Positions 18,491 through 28,340 of a DNA stretch of 64,000 nucleotides are shown here, piece after piece. The translations under genes were made by a program, and so were the position numbers. Each line of letters opens with the position of its first letter. Within the stretch, counting starts at the first letter, position 1. The notes under the pieces were generated by a model, which was given only the letters and a program-made list of their open reading frames with translations, did no database searches and was not told where the DNA came from. This DNA is from Candidatus Omnitrophota bacterium (GTDB lineage Bacteria; Omnitrophota; Gorgyraeia; Zapsychrales; Zapsychraceae): assembly GCA_029261065.1 (NCBI GenBank), contig JAJDCB010000024.1, positions 102,364-166,363 of the forward strand, given 5' to 3'.

Positions 18491-21286
18491 TTAGCGAACA
18501 TTAACTTTTTGCTGCGCTTCACGGATAATTGATGTTGCATCTAAAATAAGAGCTATACTTCCATCTCCTAAAATCGACGCACCACTTATGCCTTGGACAT
18601 CTGAAAAATGGTCCGGCAAAGATTTAATAACAATTTCGTCTTCTCCAATTAACCGATCAACTTCCACTCCAATTGTTTCATCCCCATCTGTAAGAACCAC
18701 GATTTTCCTTGAATTTTTATTTTCATTACTTTTGGTATTCATCCTTAAAATTGTTTCTAGATCAACTAGGCTTAAGGCATGACCTCTTAATTTTACTGTT
18801 GTATTTCCCTCTACTGAGAAAATGGAGTCGTCTTCAACTTTAATAATTTCAGAAACACATTCTAATGGCATAGCAAAAACTTGATTATTGATAACCACTA
18901 AAAGAGCTTGAATAATGGCTAAAGTAAGAGGAATCTTAATGCTAAAATTTGTTCCTCGACCAAGTTCAGTATCGATTTCTACCGTTCCATTTAATTCTTC
19001 AATAGTTCTACGCACAACATCCATACCAACACCACGACCTGAAATACCGGTAATTTGTGCAGCTGTACTAAAACCTGGCATAAATATGATTTGAAATTTT
19101 TCTTTCTCTGTCATTTGATCTAGCTTTTCTTGTGTCAGTATTCCTTTTTCTAAAGCTTTTTCAGATAGTTTGTTTGAGTCCAACCCTTTACCATCATCAT
19201 TAATTTGGATACATATATTATTTCCTTCATAAGATGCTGACAATTTAACTGTTCCCGCTGCTGGTTTATCTGTTAGAGCTCTATCTTCGGTTGTTTCTAT
19301 ACCGTGATCAACAGAATTTCTAATCATATGTGTTAAAGGGTCCCCCAATTCATCAACAATTTTTTTATCAAGCTCTGTTTCTTCACCATAAATCTCTAAA
19401 TTAATATCTTTTTTTAATTCTTTAGCAATATCGCGAACCAACCTTTTAAAACGAGTAAAAACGCCCTCAATAGGAACCATCCTCGTTGACATCACACCTG
19501 ATTGGATGTCGCTTGATAATTTACTCAAAGCGCTGGTCGCCTCATCGAGACTATAAAGTTTTGTGTTAACCTCTTTCATTGAAAGTTTGTTCGATAAATT
19601 AAACATCTCAGATTCCAGTAAGCCAAAAATTTTATTCAATCTATTTGCATTTGCATTCTCATCCCCGAGTGATTGGGATGAATTTTTTCTTAACGCCATC
19701 TTTAATTCAGCAATTTTTCCACCAACTTGACTTAAACGCGTAACATTTTCCTTTGATTGTGAAACTTCATGTTTAACCTCACTAACCAACTGTGCAAATT
19801 TTGCTCTCGTAATTACAAGTTCTCCTGCTAAATTCATAAGGCTATCTAGCCTCCTAGTATCGATACGCATTGTTGTCACTTCAACGCCAGCAGTTTTGGT
19901 TGTTGATGGTGTTTCTTTTTCTTTCATAGCAACCTCTTTTTTTACAGTTTTTGTTGGATTTGCCGTTTTTGTCGTAGGAGCAACTTCTTGAACTAAAGAG
20001 ACTTCTTCTTTTTCAATATTAATTACTTCAATTTGATCAATGCTAATGGCAATATCAATGTCCTTTAACAATTTTGAGGTTGTCAAAATGACACCAACGT
20101 ATACGGCCGTTTCTACATTATCATCGATTAATTCGACATCAGGTTTACAATGAATAATTTCTCCTAGCATGGCTAATTTTTCATTACAAACATTTGCTTT
20201 AATGTTTTTTGTTACACAATTTGCATCAACAGCATAACTGACTCGAAACACATTTAATCCATCTTTTGTTGCATTCTCTTTTAAAGCTGTCAAGTTTTCA
20301 GGCAAATCACTAAATAATTGTGAAACATCAACAGAGTCACCTGTCGTTTCATTAAGAGATTTAGTTGATTTTTCAAGTTTTAATTTATCAATACATTTTT
20401 GAAGCTTTTGAATGACATCAGTATTATTCAAAAGGGCATAGTTTGTTTCGCGAATTTGAGCTGCGGAGTTTTTTATCCAATCAATCCCTATAAATAATGT
20501 AGAAACTATATCCGATTCAGGAACTAGCTTTTCTTCCCTGTATTTTGACAACAAATCTTCCATTTTATGCGCAACAAGTTCAATATCGTTTCTTTTAATT
20601 ATGCCAGATGAGCCTTTGATGGTATGTGAAATTCGAAATAATTCATTAACAGCTTCAATAGGATCAACTTTATTTTCTTCAAGTTGAATCATAACTTCAT
20701 TAAAACGATCAATATTTTGAAATGTATCATCTAAATAAGCTCCCACATATTTTAAAAAATCCTCGCTAGGGGCAGCTACTTCAGTCGCGGCTTCTACAGG
20801 CGGCGTTATTTTTTCTTGAGAAACACCAGCTTCTTCACTTGTCGTTTTAGCAGAATCTGTTTTCCCTGATGTTCCATCTAAAACGGCTTTTATTTCAGTA
20901 ACAACATCAGTGGTGTCCCCTTCATCCGTACCATCCGATTTTAAACGGTCCAATAAAGAACTCAATGTATCAAAAGCGTTGAATAAAACATCTATAATAT
21001 CAATTGTAAGCACAAGTTCACTATTTCGAACACGATCAAGAATGGTTTCCATCTCATGCGTTAATCCTGAAATATTTGAAAAATCAAGAAAACTTGCGGT
21101 GCCCTTAATCGTATGTGCCGCCCGAAACATTGTGTTTATCATATCTACAGAGACTTCTTCATCATTCTTAAGAATTTCTTCAGCTTTAAGAAGATTATCA
21201 TTTAACTCTTGTAGATATTGTTCACTTTCTGAGAGGAATTCAGCAATAATTTCGCTTCTATCATCGTCTATCTCTGAGTCACTCAT
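18491..21286 (-). CDS. cheA: Chemotaxis histidine kinase CheA with two Hpt domains
   Basis: FRAAHTIKG and FRISHTIKG; LDSLMNLAGELVI; PLTHMIRNSVDHG, DDGKG, FMPGFSTA and SGRGVGMDVV; C-terminal CheW-like domain. Confidence 0.97.
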   Translation of the reverse strand: MSDSEIDDDRSEIIAEFLSESEQYLQELNDNLLKAEEILKNDEEVSVDMINTMFRAAHTIKGTASFLDFSNISGLTHEMETILDRVRNSELVLTIDIIDVLFNAFDTLSSLLDRLKSDGTDEGDTTDVVTEIKAVLDGTSGKTDSAKTTSEEAGVSQEKITPPVEAATEVAAPSEDFLKYVGAYLDDTFQNIDRFNEVMIQLEENKVDPIEAVNELFRISHTIKGSSGIIKRNDIELVAHKMEDLLSKYREEKLVPESDIVSTLFIGIDWIKNSAAQIRETNYALLNNTDVIQKLQKCIDKLKLEKSTKSLNETTGDSVDVSQLFSDLPENLTALKENATKDGLNVFRVSYAVDANCVTKNIKANVCNEKLAMLGEIIHCKPDVELIDDNVETAVYVGVILTTSKLLKDIDIAISIDQIEVINIEKEEVSLVQEVAPTTKTANPTKTVKKEVAMKEKETPSTTKTAGVEVTTMRIDTRRLDSLMNLAGELVITRAKFAQLVSEVKHEVSQSKENVTRLSQVGGKIAELKMALRKNSSQSLGDENANANRLNKIFGLLESEMFNLSNKLSMKEVNTKLYSLDEATSALSKLSSDIQSGVMSTRMVPIEGVFTRFKRLVRDIAKELKKDINLEIYGEETELDKKIVDELGDPLTHMIRNSVDHGIETTEDRALTDKPAAGTVKLSASYEGNNICIQINDDGKGLDSNKLSEKALEKGILTQEKLDQMTEKEKFQIIFMPGFSTAAQITGISGRGVGMDVVRRTIEELNGTVEIDTELGRGTNFSIKIPLTLAIIQALLVVINNQVFAMPLECVSEIIKVEDDSIFSVEGNTTVKLRGHALSLVDLETILRMNTKSNENKNSRKIVVLTDGDETIGVEVDRLIGEDEIVIKSLPDHFSDVQGISGASILGDGSIALILDATSIIREAQQKVNVR

Positions 21287-21307
21287 ATTTTAGTCCTTCC
21301 TTAACCT

Positions 21308-22357
21308 TTAGTTTAGGTTACAGATTTTTGAGATGGCTTTACTAAAATTTTGAATATCTAATTCTAAATCAACAGCACCAGCGTTGTTAGCAGCTTTTGG
21401 CATTCCGTAAACAACACAGCTTTCTTCATCTTGCCCAAGAACATAGGCACCTTTTTCATGTAATTTGACCAGCCCTTTTGTTCCATCATCACCCATACCT
21501 GTTAATATCAATCCTAATATACTCCCTTTAAAATTTTCACTTACAGAGTCAAATAGCACATTACACGATGGACAAAAACCAGAAACTTTTTCTTCTCCAG
21601 CTAAAGATAAATAAGGACCCGTGGAACCAGATTTAAGTCTCATTTGAACTCCTCCACGCGCTAGATAACACCAACCTTTTTTTATTTTGTCTCCCTCTTC
21701 TGCTTCTTTGACATTAATTTTTGATAATTTGTCTAATCTTTCAGCAAAACTTTTTGTAAATTTTTCAGGCATATGTTGAACCCAAACGATCGGAGGACAT
21801 TCTTCTGCTAAATGTGGTAAAAATGCAGTTGATGCCTGAACCCCTCCTGTTGACGATCCTAGTGCAATTAGATCAATTTTTCTCTTAGGTAGTACGCTTA
21901 AATCAAATATCTTCTTTTTCGTTATGTTGCCATCTGGTGCTGTTTTATTAATAAGCTTAAACTTATTACGTAAAATAATACCCTCTATTTTACGAACAAG
22001 AGTATGAATTATCTCATCAATGCCTAAGGCATCCGATGCTGGTTTGACAAGATAATCAACAGCCCCATATTCTAAGGCTTTAATAGTTACTCTAGAGCCT
22101 TCATTCGTCAAAGAACTAAACATAAAAACAGGTAGTGGACAATCCTTCATGATACATCTCAAGGCTTCAAGACCATTCATGACAGGCATTTCGCAATCTA
22201 ATATTAACAAATCAGGCTTTTTTAATTTAACTAAATCAATAGCTTCTTTGCCATTTTTGGCCTGACCAACAACCGAAACTTTTCCTGTAGCTTCTAATTT
22301 TTCTTTTAAAACACTTCTTAAAAAAGCAGAATCATCTGCTAAAAGTACATTAGTCAT
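21308..22357 (-). CDS. cheB: Chemotaxis methylesterase CheB
   Basis: N-terminal receiver plus GSSTGG, QHMP, LTGMGDDG and VVYGMP. Confidence 0.97.
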   Translation of the reverse strand: MTNVLLADDSAFLRSVLKEKLEATGKVSVVGQAKNGKEAIDLVKLKKPDLLILDCEMPVMNGLEALRCIMKDCPLPVFMFSSLTNEGSRVTIKALEYGAVDYLVKPASDALGIDEIIHTLVRKIEGIILRNKFKLINKTAPDGNITKKKIFDLSVLPKRKIDLIALGSSTGGVQASTAFLPHLAEECPPIVWVQHMPEKFTKSFAERLDKLSKINVKEAEEGDKIKKGWCYLARGGVQMRLKSGSTGPYLSLAGEEKVSGFCPSCNVLFDSVSENFKGSILGLILTGMGDDGTKGLVKLHEKGAYVLGQDEESCVVYGMPKAANNAGAVDLELDIQNFSKAISKICNLN

Positions 22358-22363
22358 ACAATA

Positions 22364-23179
22364 TTAAGTTGATTTCTGAAACATACTCGAACGAATGAGT
22401 GTAAAATTTGAATTTATATCATTGATAGTTTCCGACAAACTTATAAACAAATAACCGTTCGATGCAACATTTTTTTCAACATTTGAAACAATTTCTTGTT
22501 TTGCTGGTTGATCGAAATAGATAAGAACATTTCTCATAAATATAATATCAAATTCTTTTTCAGAAAAGGCCTTTTTTAAATTGTGATTTGAAAATTGAAC
22601 CTTATTTTTTATAGAGTCAATAACTTTATATTCTGGTTTCGAGCCTTTAGATGCTTCTTCAATAGTAAAATATTTTGACACAAGAGAGTCCGGTGTTTGT
22701 CTTAAGCTTCTTTCATCATAGACGGCATTTCTAGCAAAGCTAACAACAGACGTATTGATATCTGAGGCAAAAATAGAATAGGTTATGCGTGAATTTTTTT
22801 TTGTAAATTCTTTTAAAAGAATAGAAAGGGAATAGGGCTCTTCGCCTGTCGAACAGGCAGCACACCAAATTTTAATTTTTGACTTTTTTTCAGCAAGAGT
22901 AGGAAGAACGACATCATACAAATAATTCATTTGAACAGAATGTCTAAAAAAATATGTTTCATTTGTCGTTATAGCATTTATAAATTCTTCAGTTTCTTCA
23001 CTATTAGGTTTCTTAACAACATCAATATACTCAGCAAAATCTTTTAAACTTAGTTCATTAACACGTTTGCCTATACGAGCACTCACCAAATGCTTTTTTG
23101 AGTCTCGTAACATGACCCCTGTTTTTTGATACATCAAATCTCGAATTTTTTTAAAATCAATATCTGAAATATCTTCCAT
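22364..23179 (-). CDS. cheR: Chemotaxis methyltransferase CheR
   Basis: TTNETYFFR, IWCAACSTGEEPYS and RNVLIYFD. Confidence 0.97.
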   Translation of the reverse strand: MEDISDIDFKKIRDLMYQKTGVMLRDSKKHLVSARIGKRVNELSLKDFAEYIDVVKKPNSEETEEFINAITTNETYFFRHSVQMNYLYDVVLPTLAEKKSKIKIWCAACSTGEEPYSLSILLKEFTKKNSRITYSIFASDINTSVVSFARNAVYDERSLRQTPDSLVSKYFTIEEASKGSKPEYKVIDSIKNKVQFSNHNLKKAFSEKEFDIIFMRNVLIYFDQPAKQEIVSNVEKNVASNGYLFISLSETINDINSNFTLIRSSMFQKST

Positions 23180-23184
23180 TGGTT

Positions 23185-23697
23185 TTATTTAGTATTACCT
23201 ACTCCTATTTCTCTAATGACATCTTCTTGTAACTTGCCTAAATCAATAATTGTCACCATTCTCCCTTCAAGTTCGCCAATACCAACAACGCAATCTTTAT
23301 CAATATTTGAGGCAACAGATGGGGCTGGGTCTATTTTTGATTTTGACAATTTAATGTTTTCTAATATTTCATCAACAATAAAACTAAAAGAAACACTACC
23401 GACCTCAGCGACAACAATTTTTGTTTTTTCACTAAAGGCAACATCCGCCAAATTAAACTTAATTCTTAAATCAAAAACACTGATTACGCTACCTCGAATA
23501 TTTATAACGCCTAAGACAAACTTAGGCATTTGAGGAATGTGCGTAATCATTTGAACACGATTGACTTCTTGAATATCAATAATCCTAACGGCATATTCTT
23601 CGTTTGCAAGTTTAAAACAAACGAATTGCTCCACATCATCAGAATCTTCCACATTTTGAATGTCTAACATATTGTCAACTGTTAAGTCTTCTACCAT
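23185..23697 (-). CDS. cheW: Chemotaxis adaptor CheW
   Basis: FKLANEEYA, GVINIRG and FIVDEI. Confidence 0.95.
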   Translation of the reverse strand: MVEDLTVDNMLDIQNVEDSDDVEQFVCFKLANEEYAVRIIDIQEVNRVQMITHIPQMPKFVLGVINIRGSVISVFDLRIKFNLADVAFSEKTKIVVAEVGSVSFSFIVDEILENIKLSKSKIDPAPSVASNIDKDCVVGIGELEGRMVTIIDLGKLQEDVIREIGVGNTK

Positions 23698-23721
23698 TGT
23701 TAATCCTTATCTAGAAGGTTT

Positions 23722-25980
23722 TTAACCAAAACTTAATTTTTCTTCATCATTATTATCTTTGGCTCTTGCTTTAGTTTGTGTGTTTCCTTTTTTAGCAGTA
23801 ATTGTTACAGGTTTTGAAGGCAGCTCTGTTGTATCGTTAGATTTTGTTTGAGTGGACTCTCTAGATTCTCCACCATCTTCCGATACACGAAACCGACCAA
23901 CAAGGTCAATAAGTGTTGCCGATTGTGCTGCCATTTGTTCTGAAGAGGATGCCAATGACTCAGAAGCGGTAGCATTCCCCTCGGTAATGGCTGTATTTTC
24001 TTCCATGGTAGCTGCTTGTTCAGATGTTGCATTAGAAATACTTTTTAACTGCTCTGCAACACTAGTAATATCCACAAGCATTTCTTTTAAACTATCACCA
24101 GCTTCTTTGGATAGATTAACACCTTGTTCAACTTGGTTAGAACTCTCAACGATAAGATTCTTAATATCTTTAGCAGACTCAGCACTTCTTTCTGCTAACT
24201 TTCTTACCTCATCAGCAACCACAGCAAAGCCCTTACCATGCTCACCAGCCCGAGCAGCTTCAATGGCCGCATTTAAAGCAAGTAAATTTGTTTGATCTGC
24301 AATGTCTGTTATTATTTCTACGGCTTCCGTTATCTGCTTTGAGCTTTTTTCTATTGAGCCTATAGCTTCAATAGTATTATCCATACCTTCAGCCGTTTTT
24401 TCCGCTTTCTTGGACACACTTTGAGCCGAATCATCAGCAGATGATGCACTGGTTGAGTTAGATTGGACTGAACTTGATAATTCTTCAAAACTTGCAGATT
24501 GCTGTTGCGCACCATCTGAAATTTTACTAGCACTTGTAGCAATCTCGTCAGTTCCTAAATTTAATTGTTGAGATGAAGATTTCACTTGTATTATGATATC
24601 TTCAATTTTAGTTACAAATTTGTTAAAATTATTAGCCAAGTCTCCTAATTCATCTTTATTCGCTATCTGTATTCTTTTTGTTAAATCCCCTTCGCCTTCT
24701 GCAATATCCTGCATATTTTTATTTATATAATTAATTGGTTGCGTAATCGATTTACTAACAAAAATACCTGTTACAGCAACAATACCAGCAATGATAAGTG
24801 CGACAAGAAGAACTTGCCAGGTTAAACTTTTTATAGGCGCCATAATTTCACTTAATTCAACCTCGGAAATTAAAAACCAATCTAGCCCTTCAATATCTAT
24901 TGTTGAATATGAAGATACAACTTTTTTTCCTTTATAATTTACATCTTCTATTGTACCGGTTTCTCCAGCCACAGCATTTTTACTAGACTCATTTTCAACC
25001 TTAATTTTTTGAATGGTTGATTCTTCTGAAAATCTGGAATCCGATTTAAAAAATTTATCAGAACCAATTATGAAACTTTCACCTGTTTCACCCATACCAG
25101 AGTGCTCTTGAACTACTTCATTAATCCCATCAACAGGCATTTGAAAAACTAAAGCTCCTAGTAGCGTGTCTCCATCATATATTGGTGAAGCTGTAAAAGA
25201 GGCGGGTGCATTGTAAGAGGGCTCATAAAAATCAAAATCGACAATATTAACAAAATCTTTTTGTCCACTTAACAACGCCTCTTTCGCCGCTCTTGCAAAA
25301 TTTGTATTGCTATATGGTCCATTAAACAATGAAGTTGCATAATCAACTTCCTTAAAAACAGAATATACAATGGCCCCATTTACAGGTTCAACCAAAAAGA
25401 TATCGTAATAACCAAATTCTTGCAAATAAGAACGAATTATAGCGTGATATTGTTCATGCAATTTAGAATATATTGTACTATCATTGGCTTTTTCTAAGGC
25501 TTCTTTGGCACCAATAGGATGTGAATTATTTGCAATGTAGTGATATTGCAAGACTTTTGCTGCAACTGTTTTTGGCATCCAACGATCAACAGCACTGGTG
25601 TCTGAACCATCTGTGTTAGCCTGTTGATATGTATATCGGTCTCTTAGTTTCCCATCGATCGTAGATTTATTTTCCTTATAAAAGTCACCTTCTGAATCTT
25701 CAATTTTTGAATAAGCATACGAAAATTGTTTCATTGCCTGAACTATCATACCATTCTGTGAAAAAGTTTTTACCTGGCCCTTATATGAAGCCATATTATC
25801 TTCCAAAGATTTTTTCTTAATGGCACTAACAGCTTCTAATTTTTTTTGTAAAACGTCCGAAGTCATTTTTGAAGCCGATTTAATACTTAAAATTGAAACA
25901 ATTAGCAAAGGAATCAAACCCAATGCCATAAAAAAGAAAATCAATTTTGTTTTAATTTTGAATTTTTTAAAAATGTTCAT
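23722..25980 (-). CDS. Methyl-accepting chemotaxis protein (dCache-like sensor, HAMP, signalling domain)
   Basis: Two TM helices, FGYYDIFL-type periplasmic domain, HAMP (GDLTKRI...DELGDLA) and [37 protein letters not shown]. Confidence 0.97.
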   Translation of the reverse strand: MNIFKKFKIKTKLIFFFMALGLIPLLIVSILSIKSASKMTSDVLQKKLEAVSAIKKKSLEDNMASYKGQVKTFSQNGMIVQAMKQFSYAYSKIEDSEGDFYKENKSTIDGKLRDRYTYQQANTDGSDTSAVDRWMPKTVAAKVLQYHYIANNSHPIGAKEALEKANDSTIYSKLHEQYHAIIRSYLQEFGYYDIFLVEPVNGAIVYSVFKEVDYATSLFNGPYSNTNFARAAKEALLSGQKDFVNIVDFDFYEPSYNAPASFTASPIYDGDTLLGALVFQMPVDGINEVVQEHSGMGETGESFIIGSDKFFKSDSRFSEESTIQKIKVENESSKNAVAGETGTIEDVNYKGKKVVSSYSTIDIEGLDWFLISEVELSEIMAPIKSLTWQVLLVALIIAGIVAVTGIFVSKSITQPINYINKNMQDIAEGEGDLTKRIQIANKDELGDLANNFNKFVTKIEDIIIQVKSSSQQLNLGTDEIATSASKISDGAQQQSASFEELSSSVQSNSTSASSADDSAQSVSKKAEKTAEGMDNTIEAIGSIEKSSKQITEAVEIITDIADQTNLLALNAAIEAARAGEHGKGFAVVADEVRKLAERSAESAKDIKNLIVESSNQVEQGVNLSKEAGDSLKEMLVDITSVAEQLKSISNATSEQAATMEENTAITEGNATASESLASSSEQMAAQSATLIDLVGRFRVSEDGGESRESTQTKSNDTTELPSKPVTITAKKGNTQTKARAKDNNDEEKLSFG

Positions 25981-26379
25981 TTAAGAACCTCCAATTGTGT
26001 TTGTAGATTTAATATATTTTGTAAGCGTCCATTGATCAGTATCATCAATGCCGTCAAAGGAAACAGCAACGTCATATAAATTGCCTGGTTGCTCCTTTTG
26101 GCAACGTTTAACACAAGCAATTAATTCTAAAGGCTTTTCATAAGAAAGCTCCTCGGGTTTATAAAAAGTAGAGCTATATTTTTTAAAATGTGGTATATAA
26201 ATTTTTAAATTCAAAATTTCTTTTTTAGAATAGCTTTTTTTTGAATAAAACAAAAGACCACCAACACTAATATTTTTTGTCTTAGAATTTTCTTGAGTGC
26301 TAAAATTATTTCGCCTTTGACAATCTAAGGAAAAATGTTTATTCAATCGGCTGTATTTTCTTTTCTCACTTATAGACAT
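25981..26379 (-). CDS. PilZ domain protein
   Basis: EKRKYSR (RxxxR) and NISVGG (D/NxSxxG) c-di-GMP motifs. Confidence 0.85.
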   Translation of the reverse strand: MSISEKRKYSRLNKHFSLDCQRRNNFSTQENSKTKNISVGGLLFYSKKSYSKKEILNLKIYIPHFKKYSSTFYKPEELSYEKPLELIACVKRCQKEQPGNLYDVAVSFDGIDDTDQWTLTKYIKSTNTIGGS

Positions 26380-27296
26380 AATTTATCAACAGTTTCAACA
26401 AGCAAATCGATTTCTGGTTTTGTTAATTGCCCATTAGCACCAACTTTTCTACACTTATCGGCCAACTCATCCGTTATCATAGAAGAAAAGACAACGCACG
26501 GTAAATCCTTTAAGTCTTTCTCTGCGCGAACCTTACTAATTAAATGCAATCCATCCATCTGCGGCATTTCTATATCTGTAATAAGTAAATTGCAAAAATC
26601 ACTTACATCTTTAAAACCTTCTGATTTTACCTCGTCTTGAAAGGCATTCCATGCCTTTTCACCATCTGTAAAAGCCTTAACTTTGTATCCAGCTGTTGAA
26701 ACATAATCAACCAATAATTGACGTATATATGCAGAATCTTCTGCTATAAAAATTTGTTTAGTTGATCTATCGACTTGATTTGTTGATTTTGGCTTAGCAT
26801 CGGCAACGCCTTCTAATCCAGCTTCGGGATTGATGATAGAAGCAATTTTTTCAAAATCTAGCAGAAATAGTATTCGATCTTCTATTTTGATAACTCCAAC
26901 AGCATATCCCATTTTAGAATTAACTAATCCCGACGGGGCACCAACATCCTTCCAAGAAATACGATGAATGCGGGTTACTTCATTAACCCAAAAACCTGCT
27001 TGAAGTTTATTGAATTCAGTAACAATAATACGACTGGCTTTTGGGTCGTAATCAACATCAATTTTTAATTGTTTAGCAAGTGTAACAACAGGCGTAATTC
27101 TACCACGTAAATTAACGACGCCAGCTACGGATTCATGAGAATCAGGAACAGGAACAATACCAATATTTGCCCGAATAATCTCTCTTACCTTGGCAACATT
27201 AATTCCATAATATTCATTTCCGATTTTAAACTCAATAATTTCTAACTCATTCGTTCCTGCCTCTAACAGAATTTGCTGCTTATTATTTTCGCTCAT
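26370..27296 (-). CDS. cheV: Chemotaxis protein CheV (CheW-receiver)
   Basis: GTNELE, YGINVAKVREI and LLDFEKI, followed by a receiver (AEDS, ITDIEMP, FSS). Confidence 0.96.
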   Translation of the reverse strand: MSENNKQQILLEAGTNELEIIEFKIGNEYYGINVAKVREIIRANIGIVPVPDSHESVAGVVNLRGRITPVVTLAKQLKIDVDYDPKASRIIVTEFNKLQAGFWVNEVTRIHRISWKDVGAPSGLVNSKMGYAVGVIKIEDRILFLLDFEKIASIINPEAGLEGVADAKPKSTNQVDRSTKQIFIAEDSAYIRQLLVDYVSTAGYKVKAFTDGEKAWNAFQDEVKSEGFKDVSDFCNLLITDIEMPQMDGLHLISKVRAEKDLKDLPCVVFSSMITDELADKCRKVGANGQLTKPEIDLLVETVDKLCL

Positions 27297-27331
27297 TTTA
27301 TGATCCTTATTTACTATTTGATTATGTTATT

Positions 27332-27359
27332 AATATAATCTACTGTTGATGTAAGTCAA
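27332..27359 (-). promoter_or_regulatory. Putative sigma70 promoter of the cheV-to-cheY operon
   Basis: Minus strand TTGACT-N16-TATATT, 35 nt before the cheV ATG; AAGGA RBS present. Confidence 0.55.
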
Positions 27360-27417
27360 TAAAAAAGCAATATTTTTCACATCTTATACAAAACAACTAG
27401 GGAACCAATAGGTGGTG

Positions 27418-27771
27418 CTATAACGAATCTAAAATTTTTTTTGCTATCTCAACTGTTATTGGTTTTTTAATTAAAGAGATTGCGCCATTATCCTGTAATA
27501 TTTTCTCTCTCTCGTCGGTAGCTTCTACAGTAGTTACGATTAATTTTTGGTTTGGAAATTTAGCTTTAATATTTTTTAAAATTGTCAATCCATCTTCTGC
27601 GCCTAAATTATCATCAAGGATAATCAAATCAAAATTTTCTTGTTTATCTAATAAAGCATAAAGCCCGTCAGGATCTAATGTTGTTTTGACATCAGCACCA
27701 CACTCTAAAAAAAGATTTTTATGCTTGTTTAGTGCGAACTCGCCATTATCCAATAAACAAATTTTTGCCAA
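27418..27771 (-). CDS. Single-domain receiver (divergent)
   Basis: LLDN, IILDDNL, VTT and KP; TTG start with AAGGA RBS. Confidence 0.8.
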   Translation of the reverse strand: MAKICLLDNGEFALNKHKNLFLECGADVKTTLDPDGLYALLDKQENFDLIILDDNLGAEDGLTILKNIKAKFPNQKLIVTTVEATDEREKILQDNGAISLIKKPITVEIAKKILDSL

Positions 27772-27786
27772 TTTGATATCCTTTTT

Positions 27787-28143
27787 TTAAGCTATCTTTG
27801 ATTTAAAATCCAAATATGCACTTTTTAACTGTGGGCAGAGTTTACTTATTTCTGCAATATCACTTTCCGCTTTTGAAAGTTCATCAATACTAGCAGCAAT
27901 TTTTGAAACATGATCTATTCTTAAATTTGCATACACACCCTTTATTCTGTGCGCTATCGCTTGTATATCTTCATGATTTTGTTGTTCAATTCCTTTTTCT
28001 AAAGCTATTAAGTCAGTATCACATTGCGTAAATGAAGAAATTAATATACTCTTATAAACATCTACAGGAATACTTAACTCACCACTTTTTTCTTTAAGAA
28101 AACTATCTAGATCAAAGTCATTGTTTTCATTTTCATTTGACAT
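27787..28143 (-). CDS. Stand-alone Hpt phosphotransfer protein
   Basis: AIAHRIKGVYANL Hpt motif in an all-helical 118-aa protein. Confidence 0.88.
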   Translation of the reverse strand: MSNENENNDFDLDSFLKEKSGELSIPVDVYKSILISSFTQCDTDLIALEKGIEQQNHEDIQAIAHRIKGVYANLRIDHVSKIAASIDELSKAESDIAEISKLCPQLKSAYLDFKSKIA

Positions 28144-28163
28144 AAATTTGTCCTAATTTTAAA

Positions 28164-28331
28164 TTAAAATAAATTTAAACTTTTTTGCGTATCATCTTCT
28201 TGGATGTTATTTTTATTGAAATTTTTTGCCAAGATTATAACAAGAGAAACGATAACTATGGCTATAATCACAAATGATATAACCACCCATAATTGTGTTC
28301 TTTTCTTTTTTGGATCATAAAATATTGACAT
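28164..28331 (-). CDS. Small single-pass membrane protein (55 aa), not in the ORF track
   Basis: Manual translation MSIFYDPKKKRTQLWVVISFVIIAIVIVSLVIILAKNFNKNNIQEDDTQKSLNLF; fills the gap between the tandem CheX gene (9 nt) and the Hpt gene (20 nt). Confidence 0.75.
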   Translation of the reverse strand: MSIFYDPKKKRTQLWVVISFVIIAIVIVSLVIILAKNFNKNNIQEDDTQKSLNLF

Positions 28332-28340
28332 ATCTAAAAT

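Noticed and set aside
20910-21293. 127-aa plus-strand ORF, and similar short antisense or alternate-frame ORFs throughout the track
   Set aside because: They lie within confidently identified genes and reflect codon bias of the real frame.
23852-24295. 147-aa plus-strand ORF
   Set aside because: Antisense shadow of the MCP signalling domain; Ser/Ala-rich with no independent motif.
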